Assembly (NCBI GenBank): GCA_046964515.1
Contig: JBKUYM010000009.1
Span: 21,339 to 85,338, forward strand
Direction: 5' to 3'
Source: Clostridia bacterium
GTDB lineage: Bacteria > Bacillota > Clostridia > TANB77 > CAG-508
DNA length: 64,000 bases
The position numbers and the translations under genes are program-made. Below, piece after piece: positions 61,521 through 64,000 of this stretch. The notes beneath the pieces are model-generated. The model had not been told where the DNA came from, did no database searches, and saw nothing but the letters and a program-made list of their open reading frames with translations. Each line of letters begins with the position of its first letter. The first letter of the stretch is position 1.

Positions 61521-64000
61521 TTGAGATTTTATGAAACATATTTATTAGGTAAAGAACAGATTGAAAATAGAAAATCGGTTATTGTAACAAGTGAAACACA
61601 GCTAAGATGCTTAGGATATAAATTATATGACGTGACAGAGTTTGCGTTTGATACAGAAACAAATACAGTAGATTGGTGTAATGCAGATAATCCATATTTT
61701 AAAATAGTTGGTATATCAATTAGTTTTGGTATTAATGATAGTTATTACATTCCTATTGGTCACCGATTTGACCCTACTCCACAGCTTCCTTTGAAGACTA
61801 TAGTTAGGCATTTACGCCCAGCTTTTGAGCGTACAGATGTTACAATAGTGGGACATAACATTAAATATGACATGCACGTAATGAAACGCATTGGAATTGA
61901 AATAAAGACACCTTATATATTTGATACAATGATAGCGTCATGGTTATGTAATGAAAATGTAGAAAAAGGGTTAAAACCTAATGTGTTACGTATATTTAAT
62001 CATCAAATGGAAAAGTTCAATGATGTAGTCGCTAAAGTACCCAAAGAGATAAAAAAGAAAGCTGGATTAAAAGCTAATCAGAAAGCTACATTCGATTTAA
62101 CAATGATAGGAGATAGTGCTAATTATGCTACAGAGGATGCTTTCTTTACCTTCATGTTATATTTACATTATTTAGAGGAACTAGAGATAACAGGTATGAC
62201 AAAGATATATTACAAAATGTACCCACCTTTTATACGTATTTTATATGACATGGAAGAAAGAGGTATAACAATAGATAAAGAAGCATGTGCTGAAATGAAT
62301 GAAAAAATGCAAGAGGACATAGAAGACTTAGAATATCAAATGCTAGAATTAGTTGGAGTTGATTTTGATATAAATTCGTCACAGCAATTAGCACAATTAT
62401 TATTTGGGTATGACGGATTTAAAACAGTAAACCAAGATTTATTAGATGTAAACTTCGGTTTCCCTGTACAAAGTAGAACAGCAAAAGGTGTTCCTCAAAC
62501 TAACAATGCAACATTAGTAGCCATAAGTAGAATGGAATATAAGAATAGTAATAAAATAATGGGTGTTAAGTTCTGTAATATGCTATTGAAACACAAGGAA
62601 TTAAGTAAATTGAAAACATTTACACAGAAATTTTTAGAGGTATGTTATCCCGATGGGAAAATCCATTGTTCATTCAATCCTGTAGGTACGACGAGTGGTA
62701 GGGTTAGTGCTTCAAATCCAAATTTACAACAAATACCAAATGCTGGAGAAGAAGACGCTTATAACATAAGAAGTTTATTTGTAGGTGACATAGATGATTA
62801 TGACCAAGAGGATATTATATCTTGTGACTACTCAAACCTAGAAGTACGTGTTATGGCACACTTTAGTAAAGACGAAGGGTTATTAAATGCCTTTGAGCAT
62901 AAAGTAGACTTACATGGTAATACAGCAAAACTAATGTTTAGATTAGACTGTGACGCTAACGAAGTTAAAAAGAAATACCCTAAGTTTAGGAAAATGGGCA
63001 AGGTCATCGCCTTCTTATTACAGTATGGAGGTAGTGTCATGGCACTTGAAAGTACATTAAATAGTGACGGGATGTTAACTGAAATGTTACAAGAATTAAA
63101 AGAGTATAAGCATAAAAAGGATTTACCCGATACACTTGCACCATTTTGGGGTTGTAAGAGTACTAAAGAAATGGCTCAATCCTTAATGGATTTATACTTT
63201 GAAGCGTTTCCTGGAATAGCTAAGTTTATGAAACGCCAAAAGAAGTATGCGCATCAACATGGAAAAGTGTATACAGTGTTAGGGCGTGAACGTAGACTGC
63301 CACAAATACAAAGTAGCAATTTTAGAGAAGTAGGTTATGCTGAAAGATTAGCATTAAATGCACCGATACAAGGGTGTCAAACTTATGATACACCAATTTT
63401 AACAACAAAAGGTTACAAACAAATAAGTGAGCTTGATATAACTAAAGATGTACTTGTAACACACACAGGTGTAACAGATGATTACAATGTATATAAAACA
63501 GGGGATAAAGAAGTGTACAAATTAACTACTTTAAACACTATTCAAAAGGTAACACTAGACCATAGATTCTGCGTTTATGATAATGGTGAATTGATATTTA
63601 AACGTTTAAAAGAATTACAACCAGGAGATTATATAGTAAATGGTAATTATAATAATGTTACATGTAACAATAAAGATGTAAGTATACATGAATATATTGG
63701 GGCATTAATTGGTGACGGTAATTATTCAAGTCGTAATGCTATGAGATTATGTGGAGGTAAAGATAAACTTCATTATTTACATCTATTAAAATCTTTTGTG
63801 GAGGGACATTTAGATTATAAATTAACCCTAAGACAAAGTTCGGGAAGTAAAGGTGAATGTTACGAGTTTACAACAGAGAATAAGCAATTTAGGGAGTTAT
63901 GTAGAAGTAATGGATTACACAACGCTAGTAAGCAAGATAAAATAATCCCGTCATGGTATTTAACTTCTGATGTATATATTAAATGCTCTTTATTAAGAGG
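61521..64000 (+). CDS. family A DNA polymerase with 3'-5' exonuclease domain, intein-containing, 3' end outside the window
   Basis: TTG 61521 follows SD AAGGAGGA. ExoI motif FAFDTETN. Motif A CDYSNLEVRVMAH. Motif B FRKMGKVIAFLLQYGGS. LNAPIQG is followed by the intein start. The frame stays open to the window end. Confidence 0.85.
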   Translation, partial: MRFYETYLLGKEQIENRKSVIVTSETQLRCLGYKLYDVTEFAFDTETNTVDWCNADNPYFKIVGISISFGINDSYYIPIGHRFDPTPQLPLKTIVRHLRPAFERTDVTIVGHNIKYDMHVMKRIGIEIKTPYIFDTMIASWLCNENVEKGLKPNVLRIFNHQMEKFNDVVAKVPKEIKKKAGLKANQKATFDLTMIGDSANYATEDAFFTFMLYLHYLEELEITGMTKIYYKMYPPFIRILYDMEERGITIDKEACAEMNEKMQEDIEDLEYQMLELVGVDFDINSSQQLAQLLFGYDGFKTVNQDLLDVNFGFPVQSRTAKGVPQTNNATLVAISRMEYKNSNKIMGVKFCNMLLKHKELSKLKTFTQKFLEVCYPDGKIHCSFNPVGTTSGRVSASNPNLQQIPNAGEEDAYNIRSLFVGDIDDYDQEDIISCDYSNLEVRVMAHFSKDEGLLNAFEHKVDLHGNTAKLMFRLDCDANEVKKKYPKFRKMGKVIAFLLQYGGSVMALESTLNSDGMLTEMLQELKEYKHKKDLPDTLAPFWGCKSTKEMAQSLMDLYFEAFPGIAKFMKRQKKYAHQHGKVYTVLGRERRLPQIQSSNFREVGYAERLALNAPIQGCQTYDTPILTTKGYKQISELDITKDVLVTHTGVTDDYNVYKTGDKEVYKLTTLNTIQKVTLDHRFCVYDNGELIFKRLKELQPGDYIVNGNYNNVTCNNKDVSIHEYIGALIGDGNYSSRNAMRLCGGKDKLHYLHLLKSFVEGHLDYKLTLRQSSGSKGECYEFTTENKQFRELCRSNGLHNASKQDKIIPSWYLTSDVYIKCSLLR
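63375..64000 (+). mobile_element. intein (N-terminal part) with LAGLIDADG domain in the polymerase
   Basis: Begins CQTYDTPILTTKGY right after the conserved PIQG. Block B is TLDHRF. LAGLIDADG motif is IGALIGDGNY. Continues past the window end. Confidence 0.8.

Overview
AT-rich 64-kb segment of a contractile-tailed phage or prophage of a low-GC Gram-positive host. Supporting signs: GGAGGTG-type Shine-Dalgarno (SD) sites, a PBSX XkdK-to-XkdU-like tail/baseplate order, an XhlA-like lysis gene. Every convincing gene is on the + strand; all minus-strand ORFs in the track look like antisense artefacts. Layout: (1) 1-4263: small genes punctuated by six copies of a structured ~90-nt intergenic cassette. 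(2) 4264-5424: 1.2-kb non-coding region with a periodic TATA array, G-words and C-words flanking a C-poor core, iterons, a 20-bp direct repeat, and an orphan promoter-to-terminator unit (candidate ~210-nt ncRNA). (3) 5425-10388: small accessory genes, including a decayed gene, a possible DUF4417 protein and a very acidic protein with three SAP-like motifs. (4) 10392-18473: nucleotide metabolism. It holds a ribonucleotide reductase (RNR) carrying a LAGLIDADG intein in its catalytic NPCGE motif, a divergent ThyX-like protein, dUTPase, dNMP kinase, ATP-dependent DNA ligase and a free-standing endonuclease. (5) 19155-49972: terminase, portal, scaffold, capsid, sheath, tube, an inserted HNH homing endonuclease, a chaperone with a -1 frameshift, tape measure, baseplate and fibres, including a 1001-aa baseplate protein with several cell-wall hydrolase domains. 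(6) 49986-51507: amidase, holin, XhlA-like protein. (7) 51659-64000: replication genes (SF2 helicase, MerR-like protein, DnaC-like loader, DnaB-like helicase, primase, SSB, HU, and a family A polymerase interrupted by a second intein that runs off the window). No CRISPR array, tRNA, rRNA, integrase or reverse transcriptase was seen. The most unusual signals are the six-copy covarying cassette, the 4.26-5.42 kb non-coding region with its orphan transcript, and the regulatory architecture around the HNH insertion. Three accessory genes carry lesions: a TAG plus an A-run frameshift, a G-run frameshift, and a TGA at a conserved Trp. All family assignments come from motifs read by eye; no database search was run.
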